Source of the DNA: Octopus sinensis
Lineage: Eukaryota
Length of the DNA stretch: 64,000 nucleotides
Direction of reading: 5' to 3'
Assembly: GCF_006345805.1 (NCBI RefSeq)
Contig: NC_043002.1
Span: 23,560,001-23,624,000, forward strand
Position numbers and translations under genes: made by a program. Positions 24,583 to 36,345 of this stretch are shown piece after piece (positions within the stretch are counted from its first letter, which is position 1; the number at the start of each line of letters is the position of its first letter). The notes beneath the pieces were generated by a model, which saw only the letters and a list, made by a program, of their open reading frames with translations, was not told the DNA's origin and did not search any database.

Positions 24583-25010
24583 ATCATCGTTTAACGTCCG
24601 CTTTCCATGCTAGCATGGTTCAACTGGGGTGTGGGAAGCCTGAAGGCTGCACCAGGCCAGTCAGATCTGGCAGTGTTGCTACAGCTGGATGCCCTTCCTA
24701 ACACCAACCACTCATTTCCTCGGTGAGACCTAGACAGCGAAGGTCGTGCCTCACCACCTCGTCCCAGGTTTTCCTGGGTCTACCTCTTCCACAGGTTTCC
24801 TCAACTGCTAGGGTGTGGCACTTTTTCACACAACTATCTCCATCCATTCTTACCACATGTCCATACCAGCGTAGACGTCTCTCTTGCACACCACATATGA
24901 TGCTTCTTAGGTCCAGCTTTTTTCTCAAGACACTTACACTATGTCAGGTATGAACACTGACATTACACATATCCTCAGCAGTCACGCCCCATGTGGCATA
25001 GCTGTTTGTA
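24583..25010 (-). mobile_element. RTE LINE fragment with internal deletions
   Basis: 3' end joined directly at about 24713 to LRWYGHVVRM...GRGRPRKTWDEVV; most of the 3' UTR is missing. Confidence 0.85.
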
Positions 25011-25559
25011 TACATGCGTCATTGAAAGAAAAGATATTTTATGTATTAACTAAGTTTAGAAGCTTTAGGAACAAGAAATTGTGTCCAAAGGACTGCCCCT
25101 TCAGTTATGCTATTCGTCTTTTGTTATATTTCTGTTGAAATCTAAGCCTTTGTCTAAATATTGAATTTATTAAAATAACTGGAAATTTTATGGTTTAAAT
25201 TGAAGTTGCATCACCTTGAACAGGTAACCATAAAAATTTTCTAATATTAAAATAAACAGAAAATTATTTTAAGTGTGAAAATAAACTTTATAAATATCAC
25301 CAAATTAATGATGAATGGCAACCACATGAGAAATTGTACTAAAATAAAGAAAACACCAAGAAAAATACCAGGTTTTAATAAAATTAGTTTATTTAACTTA
25401 GAAGACATTAATGTGCATTACAAATATTACTAAGTAATGCATGGGATCTTTTTGGTTTGACACACCTGATTGTTTTATCAAATTTTTTATAGATGTAGTT
25501 TCAAGCTAATGATGAAAAATTCAACTGTTTTTTGGGGGGTGAGGTTGTTGGGGACAAGA

Positions 25560-25863
25560 GATATTTTCACTTTGACCAGCAGATTTTTAAAATAATTTTT
25601 TGTAACTAAACACTTTTAAACTTCATATACTGTCAACAATCTTCCCAGGACCAACTATTACAACTGGGTTCATGAGCAAGTCATGTGCGCATACTTCTCT
25701 CACATAATTGTTATAGCTTTTAAGTTATTTGTTAAATTTCTCTTATCTTGGCAATTTCAACCAATCAATGACATCTATTGAGGGGAATACAATTACTACT
25801 GTTTGTCAACAAGAAGTTCTGGCAGTGTATATTTCGATTGTCAGCTGTTATTTATGACATTTC
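25560..25863 (+). mobile_element. Non-coding interspersed repeat (class unknown); inverted homolog at 27471-27699
   Basis: ttttcactttgacc-gcagattt...aactaaacacttttaaactt-gtatactg...gcaatttcaacc-atc-atgac...gctgttatttatgacattt. Confidence 0.7.
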
Positions 25864-25907
25864 ATATCAGTTACGTTCGTATGAATAAATGATTATCGTT
25901 ATTAAAC

Positions 25908-26842
25908 TTTTATTAATAAACACATATTCTAAGTTCACAACGTATACAGTTTTAATTTCCTTCTTTGTTGCACAGCTACATCCAATGTGTATGTATGCCA
26001 ATATATATATATGTGTGTGTGTGTAGCCACAGCTATACAAGTGTATCTCCACGTATGCAGACGTATATATATATATAACTGAATTATCGTTTTTTTGCCC
26101 AAAACCCAGCTTTTCGGATACAGAGATTCCGGAAAATTACCAAAAATCTTTTGTTACTCCGTTTTAAACACGCCCAAGTACTCTCTACGTGTGTTATCAA
26201 CGGAGTTAACAAACAACGCTGTGGTACACCGTTCTATGTCGAAAATTGTATCCCTCTTATCTCTGGAATATGTGAATAAGCCCTCAACAGGTCATTAAAT
26301 ATTGTGGTACCCGGGAGGATCAAGTGGCGGATGCATTAATCGAGTGTATCGTGATTCCGTCAATTTACCGCATAGAGAAAATTTTTTATTAATAAACACA
26401 TATTCTAAGTTCACAACATATACAGTTTTAATTTCCCTCTTTGTTGCACAGATACATACAATGTGTGTATGTATGTGTGTAGCCACAGCTATACAAGTGT
26501 ATCACCACGTATGCAAACGTATATATATAACTGAATTATGGGGGGGGGGTCCAAAACCCAGCTTTTCGGATACAGAGATTCCGGAAAATTATTAAAATTC
26601 GCTTGTTACCCCGTTTTAAACACGCCCAAGTACTCTCTATTTGTTGGGTAAGTGTGTTATCAAGAGTTAACAAATTGGACGCTGTGGTACACTGTTCCAT
26701 GTCAAAAATTGTATCCTCTATCTCTGGAATATGTGAATAAGCCTTCAACAGGTTAGTAAATATTGCGGTACCTGGGAGGATCGAGTGGCGGATGCATTAT
26801 TCAAGTGTGTCGTAATTCCATCAAGGTACCGCATAAAGAAAA
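25908..26842 (-). mobile_element. Tandem duplication (476-bp period, ~2 units), each unit carrying a Merlin/IS1595-like DDE transposase fragment
   Basis: Both units translate (with stops and frameshifts) to RN.DTL..CIRH.ILPGT.IF.D/N.L.AYSHI...F.H.TV.HS..FVN..DNT.TQQIESTWACLKR, the R..TL..I...I.PG..I.SD.W.AY...H..V.H...FV...HT..IE..W..KR signature. Confidence 0.8.
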
Positions 26843-27470
26843 ACTTCCCTGGTCTCACAACACACTACTCCGAATACCCATTGCTGAGGTAGCAACTTCC
26901 CTCGATTATACTTTCTCCTAGAGAAGACTGTCTTGTCTATGTCCAATCTTTTACAACTGGGTTCATGAGCAAGTCATGTGCGCATACTTCTCTCACCTCC
27001 AGCTCTTCTACACAATAACACACTGCAGTCAGTTCCTTGACCCAAGAGTACAAAAAAATGACTACAGCCTGCAGAGGAAGTGTGGTAACTTCTAGCCATG
27101 TCCCCTTTCAGACAGACACTCTCTCACAGCAACCTTTGCGACTATACCACCAGCAAACATTCTTCCCTACCAATTTCTTTTGCATTAAGTGCCCTTTTCT
27201 AAAACTTATTAGTACTGGGTATAATACCCCTCTGCCAAGTACGCCTCCATATCCTCCTCTGTTTTTATTACAAGCAACTCACCTAGACTACTTACTTTCA
27301 AAAAACAAAGTAATTTACAATTCAAACAATATGTACACACACATACACAAAAAAAAAGAAACAAAGTAAACCTAAAAGCAAACGAAAATAGTTTAACAAT
27401 TAATAAACAAAATAAACTGAAAAGCTAAAATCAAACGAAAATAATTTTATACACATGCGTATCTCAAACA

Positions 27471-27699
27471 AAATGTCATAAATAACAGCAGTAATTGTAT
27501 TCACCTCAATGTCATCGATAGGTTGAAATTGCCAAAATACGAAAAGTTTAACAACAAATAGCTTACAAACTACAGAATTTTCTCAAGAACGCCAAGAGAA
27601 AAAGATGTTTTATGTGACATTCTACCAGTATACAAAGTTTAAAAGTGTTTAGTTGCAAGGAATTATTTTTTAAATCTGCCGGTCAAAGTGAAAAGATCC
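27471..27699 (-). mobile_element. Second copy of the 25560-25863 repeat
   Basis: Reverse complement matches throughout; ends ggatcttttcactttgaccggcag. Confidence 0.7.
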
Positions 27700-28339
27700 G
27701 AGAAGTTTTAAAGCTTGAAATTTTAGCTTTAGCGAAGCTTAATAAGCTGTAAGTCTGAAGTGCCATTGCCCATAGCAACATATTGAAACTTAAACCATGA
27801 GTAACGAAAGGAAAAAGTTAAAAACCAAGGAGGCTTCAGTAAGCTATTTTCCACAAAAGGAAATTAGTAATTGTTGGTAGAAGCACTGCAAGAAAACAGG
27901 TTGCATTGAACTTTTCTGTGTTGAAAGGAACCTGATCAGAAGGTGATGGTGCCTTCTACTCACAAACACCAGTTTCTACAAGGAGTTGAAAATGAATCCT
28001 GTACAAAGGGCATACTTAGTAACTCAGTGAAGGTAGGTGCTGCTGGAATGAAAGTAGAAGGATCTAGAATTAAAAACACAATTGGTTTCAATATGCTGTA
28101 CTATGTTACAACCACGATACACTCTTGTGATTTTTTTTTTTCCAGAAAATGCTATAGTGTATCAGCAGAGTACCTGAAAATCTCTAGGTGAAGTATCAAA
28201 TATGTGAGTCAATGAGAAACAATGACCAATTTAGTTAGAAAATGTTACAAGATACAATGAGTCACTAAAAATGTTTGTGGAAGTGATGAAGAATTGTACA
28301 GAGGACAGAGAGAAGCGTCCAGGATTTAGCATCATTTGC

Positions 28340-28690
28340 CAGTCTTTGCTTAGCAACAAACTGGTTTTGAGACAAAACGTCCAGGTCAAGTCAAAAAAAT
28401 GTTTTGCAAATATTCACAAGTCATCGGTCTGTTCATGGGGAACATCTTGACAACATCCACTTATAAGACCAAGTTTATGGAAGTGTTGGTTCTTGATTTG
28501 TTCAACCATTTCAAGCAAGGCCTCATCTTCCACAACAGAAGGTCTTAACCTTGGCCTGTCGTTGAAGGTAGCATCAAACATTTGTTGACAATTCTTGGGC
28601 CCTCATTCATTTCTTTTGTTACTACCCTTGCAGTCTTTTTCCACAGGTAGTATAAACTGGCTCTAATTGCAATTTTTTCACCATTGATTA
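28340..28690 (-). mobile_element. Highly decayed mariner transposase N-terminal remnant
   Basis: NGEKIAIRASLYYLWKK..., DRPRLRPSVVEDEALLEMVEQ (cf. D.PRSGRP), HKLG...VPHEQT (cf. WVPHELT). Confidence 0.5.
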
Positions 28691-28841
28691 TCAAAGCTGC
28701 AAAATAAAGAATAAACAATGGTTATATATTATACATGAAAAACGAAGAATAAATAATTGAGCAATTGAAATTGAACAAGTATTGAATCAATGACATAAGT
28801 TACTAAAAACACAATGGAAAAATAAACAAACTTGACTCAAC

Positions 28842-28922
28842 CTGGTAATAGGCACTTGAAAAGCATCCCTTCGATCAAGCAGTGAGAAGTTGCCACCAAA
28901 AGAATACAACTGTGGATTAAGT
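28842..28922 (-). other. Candidate 81-nt exon
   Basis: Acceptor ttttttttctttatttctttcag, donor cag/gttgagt; one frame reads LNPQLYSFGGNFSLLDRRDAFQVPIT. No homology recognised. Confidence 0.35.
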
Positions 28923-30620
28923 CTGAAAGAAATAAAGAAAAAAAAAACTTAAATTATACATTTATCTTAAAATAATTCATCAAAAAATCTATCTAAAAAT
29001 TTGTATTGATACTAGAATTCTTTTACATTCATTATACTCTGAGAAGTGTATTTTGTCTTTTACAGTTAAATTCCTTTTCTACTACTGTCCACCCAACTGA
29101 AGGGGATGGTAAACATGCTTACACACAAAAGCTCTAAAAATAAAAACTCTCACAACTGGAACAGCATTTTGAGGTATCAACACCAACATATATAAAGATA
29201 TCTTATGAAACTGTTCCAAAATTTTGATTGAAAAGTAGATAAAACACAGGCTCTACTCATTAAAAAAATAGTCAGAAAAATAGAAGTTTTCTGACCTTAG
29301 CCAACCTAGCTTAAACAGGTCATCACTAAGAAGTGAAGTTCTATATAATTGGTACAAAGTAAGCTCTGCAAGAGTGAAGAGTTAATTGAATCAATGCTCA
29401 ATGTTTTACCATAAATTTGTCTATGCTAGCCTACCATCAGCTCATTACCAGGTAGTATATATTTTACTGAGATTTTGGTTAACTCTCAGTGAATTCAGAA
29501 GAAAGCAACATGAGGGACCATTCCTGGGTATTGAAGGGTCCCTTTTGATACAACAGAGTGGCAAAAGATAAAGCATTTAAGTTGATAAAGTTATCTTCTA
29601 ATTAAAAGAATTAAATTAGATAATACAAGTAAATTAAAATGGAGGCCACCTTTATCTGCAAAACTGGCGAAGACGTCTTTCAGTTACTGAATGATGACTG
29701 TTGAAACAGGAAGAATAAAAAGGATCATCATGGTTAGATAAGAAGTTTAAAGTTGCTGCTATTTTAGAGAAAGAGAAAGGAAAGAAAAAGGAAATTCACC
29801 CAACACAGGCAAATTTACTTTCCAATTACCAGACGAAATTCACACAAACACATTCATCTTTGCACCATCATGCTCATGGGTTAGAATTTGTCGAGGCAGC
29901 TTCTCTATGACCAGATTCCCTTCTTGTCACCAACCTTCATTTGTTTCGAAGCAAAGTACCATTTCCCCATAGCCAGAAAACTGGGAACAAACCGCTTGTA
30001 TGACGGTGACTCATTTACAACCATCAAGACAAGGGCAAAGGCATACACACAACTGAGCTCCCTTACTGCTCTGATGAATGACCGAAGGTTTAGCAGATCA
30101 AATCCACTCACAATACTTTGGTTAGCCTGGGGCTATAAAAAGACTTATTCTATGCCATGAGACTGAACCCCCCCGAGACCACATGGAAACAAGCTTCTCA
30201 ACCACACATCCATGCTTGCATGTGTATATACATAACGTCAAAGTTGCAAAAATTCAGACTGTAAACATTCAATAGAGAGTTTCTTTATATGCATGACAAG
30301 CATGGTTTAGTAAAATAGATGCCAAAATTATAACAATTAGCAATTTTATAAAACCTTTGATATCCTAATGTTATCTAAAAGTTCGCTCCCTAGGAATAAT
30401 TGCATTTAATTGCGAGAACTTACAAAAAAAACTATACATCATTAAATGGACTATATATATATTTATTTATATTCTGCAATACCAATTATTGTGCATGCAT
30501 GATTGTGTGGTTAGGGTTATAATTACAGACAGCTAAGTTTCTGCATAACTTATAAGAAAAAAAAGCATAATTCTAAATGAACTTTCGCAGAAATAAGCTT
30601 TCGAGAATGTAGACTGATTA

Positions 30621-30705
30621 CCTTTTTACTTGTTTCAGTCATTAGGCTGCAGCCATATTGGATGATGCTTAGAAGGGATTTCGAACAAGACAGCCCTTTT
30701 AATTT

Positions 30706-30738
<33 letters not shown>

Positions 30739-30935
30739 AGCCTGGTAATTTTGTCGGTTCGATCTATTATGCTAAACTGCTGTGTGTATATACAGGACGG
30801 ACTTCTTTCAGTTTTCTTCTACCAAATCCATCCAAAAGACATTGGTCAGCCAAGGGCTATGGAACAACGCTATAAGTGCCACGCTGTGGAAATGGATCCG
30901 TCACCATGTGGTCAGGAAGCAAAACTTCTTACGCT
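30621..30935 (-). mobile_element. SINE family A copy with internal deletion
   Basis: ttttacttgtttcagtcatt...ttctttcagttttcttctaccaaatcca...gtgccacgctgtgg...catgtggtc. Confidence 0.8.
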
Positions 30936-31624
30936 CCTCTTCAAAATGCATATTTTTAAACGATATTTTGCAGACATACGTTTTCGAGAATCTAGATTAC
31001 ACAGGAATATTGAATCTTCGAATATATAAACCCAAAACAATGAAAAATTCTCGATTTGAGTAAGCATTTCCTAATTAAAGCCTCGGGTTAAATCTTCAGG
31101 GAATTTGGTAGACGGAACCTGAAAGAAGTTCCACCAGCACCGCTTGACAACCGGTATTGGTTTACTTAAGTCCTGGTAGCTTGAGCAGTTTGTTTTCCAA
31201 CTACATGGTCTCTCGGCTACCATCCCATTATGGTATCTTGGAAATGTTTTCCATAGCCTCGGCATGCCCAGTATCACGAGTGAAACTGCAATTAAAATCT
31301 GTAATTTGAAAAGCAGGTGAGGGTTGGTGATAGGAACAGCATCTGACCATAGAACACTTGCCTCAGAATTTACCCAATCCAGAGAAAGCAGATGTATGAA
31401 CTGAACTCAGGATACCGGGGCTCTCAAATCGCTTTGGCGATTTTGGGTTTTCAATTATTATTTTAGTAGAGTCAGTCTTGAGAGGGTTTCATAATAGGAC
31501 TTATTTAATAATACCCGACGAAACTAATCGTCTGCAATGGATATTGTACACTTCGATTAATATACCCACTGACAAATATGCAAGTACATATTTTTTTCTG
31601 ATTTATGGATTCTTAGACAGACAG

Positions 31625-31656
<32 letters not shown>

Positions 31657-33528
31657 CCATCCCAGTCAAATTATGGAAATACCATTATATAGTTTTTTTT
31701 TTTAATTAATAACTAAAACACAATACGTCACTCTTGAATGCCAATTAGAAAATAATTCAAGTGAAAAATCTAAAAGAACCACCATGGGGCTTCTCTGATA
31801 AAGTAAATTCTCTACATCGACCTGCAATAAAAGGAATTTAAATGTTAGTTACCACGATGCCACAGGTGACTCGTGAATTCAAAAACCTAATCTTCGGGAA
31901 TGTAAGTCACCAAAACAATTATACTTACACAAAATTGTTGGGTGATCTAAGAAATATATTGGTATATTTTTGTATTTTAAGTAACAGGAGAAAAGGGGGA
32001 CTTAGGTGAATTATTCTTATTAAACTGAAAGGAATTTTTGACTTAAAAAAAGGCCCAAACGCCGATTAGGGACGTTTCTTAAAAACTTTTCACAATGTCA
32101 GAAATAAAAGGTGAAATAGAAACCGAGGTGAAAATAAGTTCCAAATGGGAATAGCTAAATGAAAAATAGTTGGTAAATGTCTTAACTTTCTTATATAGGA
32201 GATGGAGGTGGTTGGTTGATTTGTTAAAAATGAAAAAAATATGAAAATTTTTGAATGAATGAGCTAACACTAAAACTTGATTAAACAAATTGCCTGTCCT
32301 ATATTGCCGAGAGGATTCGAATTTTCAGAATTAAAATACAAATATACCATTATTTTTCGAACATATATAATTACTGTAAACACATAGTTGTCGGTAAAAG
32401 ATAAATAATTAGTAGAGCATCACAGCAAATGTTAAATGATAGGATATTTGGTAAATCAATGCATTCTTCCAGCCACTCAATTTGATAGTTAAAACAGTCC
32501 CAAAAGGAATGACAATATTTTACATAACGGGAATATTAATAAAGCCCAGCATTACCTGGAACTTATTTGGCGAGTTGGAAAAAGTTATCTTTTCCATTGA
32601 AGACTTTTTCGGAGTTTTATATTTTAAAACATCGGAGATAAACATGATATTACAATACAAATGGCGGTCATACGAAACTAATATTTCAGCATAGCATTTA
32701 AAAATCACTGGGAATAAATATCGGCGGGTTTTTAAAATGTGTAGAAATTATTTGTACATTGCTTCATCCAGGTAGTACTATTTTATCTGGGAAACTGATG
32801 CACATCTACGTTTGGTGTCCTCTCATTCGTGCCCAATATTGTTCTAAATAATTAAGCTGTATACCGCCCCTAATGTAGCCAAGGTTAGCCAGGCGATCAT
32901 AATTGAACCTGGCGAGAGATTACAATATCTTCCAAGATATCAGCAGTTTACTCTGGTGCATGCATAAGGAAATCTCTCTTTTAGTAGTTTTCTCAAAAAA
33001 CGATTCTAACTTGATTTTTAAAATTAATTTTTCAACAATCTGTATTTCATGGACAGGGAGTACCGATTTTAACGGCACTCCTTTAAGGAAAGGATGCCAA
33101 TTTTACTTTTTTAGGGAACAAATTTCCCAGCAATGCTCGTTACACTGAACCAGTTCCCTTTTCAATATGAACTTGTGCAACGGACATCAACTGGTACCCC
33201 ACTTGCGAAGTCATAAACGAGAATGAACATCACGTTCAATGGTAACTCAACGTTCCATTAAACGTTTCCTTTCGTACAGAATTTTATATTTTTGCAAAAT
33301 GAGGATATCTAAATAACACCATCAAAAGCCCGTTCAGCTCCAAATGACGCTACACCGACAGTCACACGTGTTCTGACTAGCAATCAGGAATTTTTTTTAA
33401 AAACTCCAGAACATCAGAATCGAAAGAACAGTATAATTTACTAGTGGTGTAGTCATTTTGAGAATAATTAAAATAAAACTCTTTTGGCGTGCAAGATATT
33501 GCTTCATTCAAATCGAATTAATCGAAAT

Positions 33529-33561
33529 CCAATGGCGCCAAACGAAATTTGCGCATGCGCA
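33529..33561. promoter_or_regulatory. Promoter-like motif cluster: CCAAT overlapping a YY1-like ATGGCG, plus a perfect NRF1 palindrome
   Basis: ccaatggcgcc at 33529-33539 and tgcgcatgcgca at 33550-33561, in a repeat-free, CpG-retaining region. Confidence 0.5.
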
Positions 33562-36345
33562 GAAAGCTTAAAAAGAATTGGACTGTCCCATCGAATTTAA
33601 TTGTCTTGTGTAAATTGAAAATGAGAAAAAAAATTTCATTTACTAAATAAATAATCAATTTAGAAATGTTTTGACAAAAAAAAAAAAATTAAAAGCCATC
33701 CCAATCGCGTACACACGAAACAAGAATGAGAATGAAATTTTGATATAAAAAAAAAAAATCAATATCTCCGATGTTTTAAAACATATCCGAAGAATCTTCA
33801 GAAGACGCCGTGAAGGGTACTTCTTCCACAACATCACATATTCAACTCCATAAAAAATGAAAGACCCAAAATTAATCCCTTTGAAATTTAAACTGAAATC
33901 GAAGAAAGACGAAACAAAATATCACAAAGCATTTAGTCCAACACTGATTCTGACACTCCCTAACCCCACCATGGAATAACGAGTAATCTGTTAGGCCATG
34001 AAGGAATTTAGTGAGAAAATAAAATATGACGCTCATGCTTTTGTCAACGACTACTGCAGCGTATGTGAAGCAAACGGAATCGGGAATCAAAACTAGATCC
34101 ACATATTCGGCTGGCTGGAGGGGAGCTTACCTCTTTGGTCTTCTTTTCACTGCTCTCCGAAGTGAATAAATAATAATTAAAACTAGCTCCAGAGACAATT
34201 GATATAGACACAGCAAAATCAAAATATAATTTACCTTTTATAACTCCTGAGATACTTCGCCAACTCTCTTGCTTAGCATGGAGTTAACATTTTTCCTCTA
34301 CCATTTTCTTTACACGATAATGTATGCGATATCAAGAAATGGAAACTTGCTTCATTCGACACACATCATAAAATGAGTAAGTGGAATTAAAAGAATGGTA
34401 ACTCATGCTGCTAAAGACCATGCGAGCTACTAAGGCAGCATGATATATATACATAAGACAGTATTTTTTTTAAATTCGTAAGTAATAAAGTAACAAAAAG
34501 CATATAAATGTAGTAATCCAAATTTCATTTTAATATACTAATATAGTTTGTTGTCCCTTACATAATATTAAAAAAACCAACGGCTCTAAATTGGCCTTTA
34601 TGACAGGTTTTTACCAATGTAACGGAAATGGCATGGGTGGGTTGGCAAGGAAACATACATACATACAAACATACACAAATAGTAATTGCTTCATACAGGT
34701 ACTTGAAGGATTGGAGAATGGAAATAAATGTAGGTAACTGTGACGTTCATGACTTTCTGGAGGGCAATAGCGACCTAAGTGATGTAAAGTGAAGTGAATA
34801 TCGCTAAGAGCGGAAATCGAACCCGGGCCGCGGATTCGACTCATGTCGCCCGAGAGCGTCTTCCCTTTATACTCTACAAACACTTAAATAAGCTTCTCAC
34901 AAATGTGCATGAAACCCTCAGAGTTATTTAAAGGGAGATGTTGTGACGTTTTATGCCATTTCTAATGAAATAGTAAAAGATTAGTTTGTAAATAAATAAT
35001 GTTGAGTATATTTAAAGAACTGTTCAAAAATGAATCTTGTTTTGGATGAACATTTTGGCAGGTGGAGTTACATTTTTCCCACGTTTTAGTATTCTTTTTT
35101 TTTTCTTTTTGTTGTTTTGATAAACATCAAGAGTTTGATAAAATTCCAGAGTTTGTAGCTTTTTTTCCTTAGGCAATATGTAAAATGAAATACCTAAATC
35201 ATAATATTCACATTACTATTTAGGATCTTCAGATGGAGATTTCTTTATAAACTATATTTCTTTTCAAATATTTTCCCCTCGTTGACAATGGGTTATTTTT
35301 TTTTATAATTAGTCCTTTAGTTTTTGAAGGTAAACCTGAAACAAGCACATGGAGCTAAGAGTTATACACTAGAGTTACAAATTTTCTTCAAGATGTAATT
35401 AGAGAAATTTGTTTTAAAATTTCAAGAAAAAGATTTGTATATCATTTAGCCATAACTGTCCTTAGTTAAAGAAGCATTAATTGAGCTCATTGCGTTTCAA
35501 ATTTGATGTCAAAAACTTAAGGTCTGAATCATTTTAGAAGTACGTTATAAATTAGGAAGAAAAAATACAATCGAGAGATAGGGGGGGTGCCATTTGTCCC
35601 TCCCTTTTCCCTATCAAGACTACTTGTGTAAAAAAAAAAAAAAAGAAAAGAAAAAAAAAGCTAATAAATGTATATTTCATGTTATCCCAGGTGGAGGTAT
35701 GAAAGGGAGAACACGCGGCATTCGGCAAGAGACATTGAAACAAATGCTTTTTCATAGATAAGAGTGAAGCGATATGAATAATTTTTGTGATTCATGCCTT
35801 TTCCCCATAAGTGTTTACTTAACGTCGACACCAAAAGGAATATAAAGCTCCGAGAAAATTGAATCTGGGTCGAGAACTAACCAACACAAGGAAATAAATT
35901 TTAAATGGGTAGTCCTTCATTTAAAACAACAAACCTAAACGCCATAACGAAAATCATACTTTATCATTCTCGCAGTCGTTTAGGTTTTGTGTCAAAAACT
36001 TGAAGATTACCTTAAATAAAAAAGAACATAGAAACTATGTGAGAGGTTCCCAACAGCAGGAAATGTCTGCCATGGCACCGCAGAATCTGTTTTGTTCATC
36101 TTTCTCATATGGTAAATGACATTTGCACATAACAGGAACTGAACATTTATGATGTGTATTTCTTTAAGCTAGGTCAAAACGAGTTTAGATGGAAGTAGGG
36201 TCTGCATTAAAATATATGTAATATAGAAATGTTGATATTCTTAAGTGTAATGTTATATATATATATATATAAATATATATATAGCATTACATTTCAGAAT
36301 ACGCACACTTATTGCCAATCTAAGAAAAAAAATGAGAAGAGTTGT

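Noticed and set aside
29272-29326. Box C (GTGATGA) and box D (CTGA) pair on the minus strand
   Set aside because: Only 55 nt, no terminal stem, no C'/D' boxes, and the guide region is a T-rich run.
30595-31060. TTC-GA-GAA clusters resembling heat-shock elements
   Set aside because: None has three correctly spaced nGAAn units, and they flank a SINE and may be a duplicated target sequence.
33795-33840. GTGATGT...CTGA C/D-like pair
   Set aside because: About 40 nt, mismatched box C, and no rRNA or snRNA complement recognised.
33958-33966. CCCTAACCC, a 1.5-repeat match to a TTAGGG telomerase RNA template, downstream of promoter motifs
   Set aside because: Roughly a 1-in-10 chance occurrence in both strands of a window this size (estimate assuming about one-third GC). 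It lies about 400 nt from the motifs, and I found no pseudoknot, P6.1 or H/ACA elements. A covariance-model search with invertebrate telomerase RNA models would settle it.
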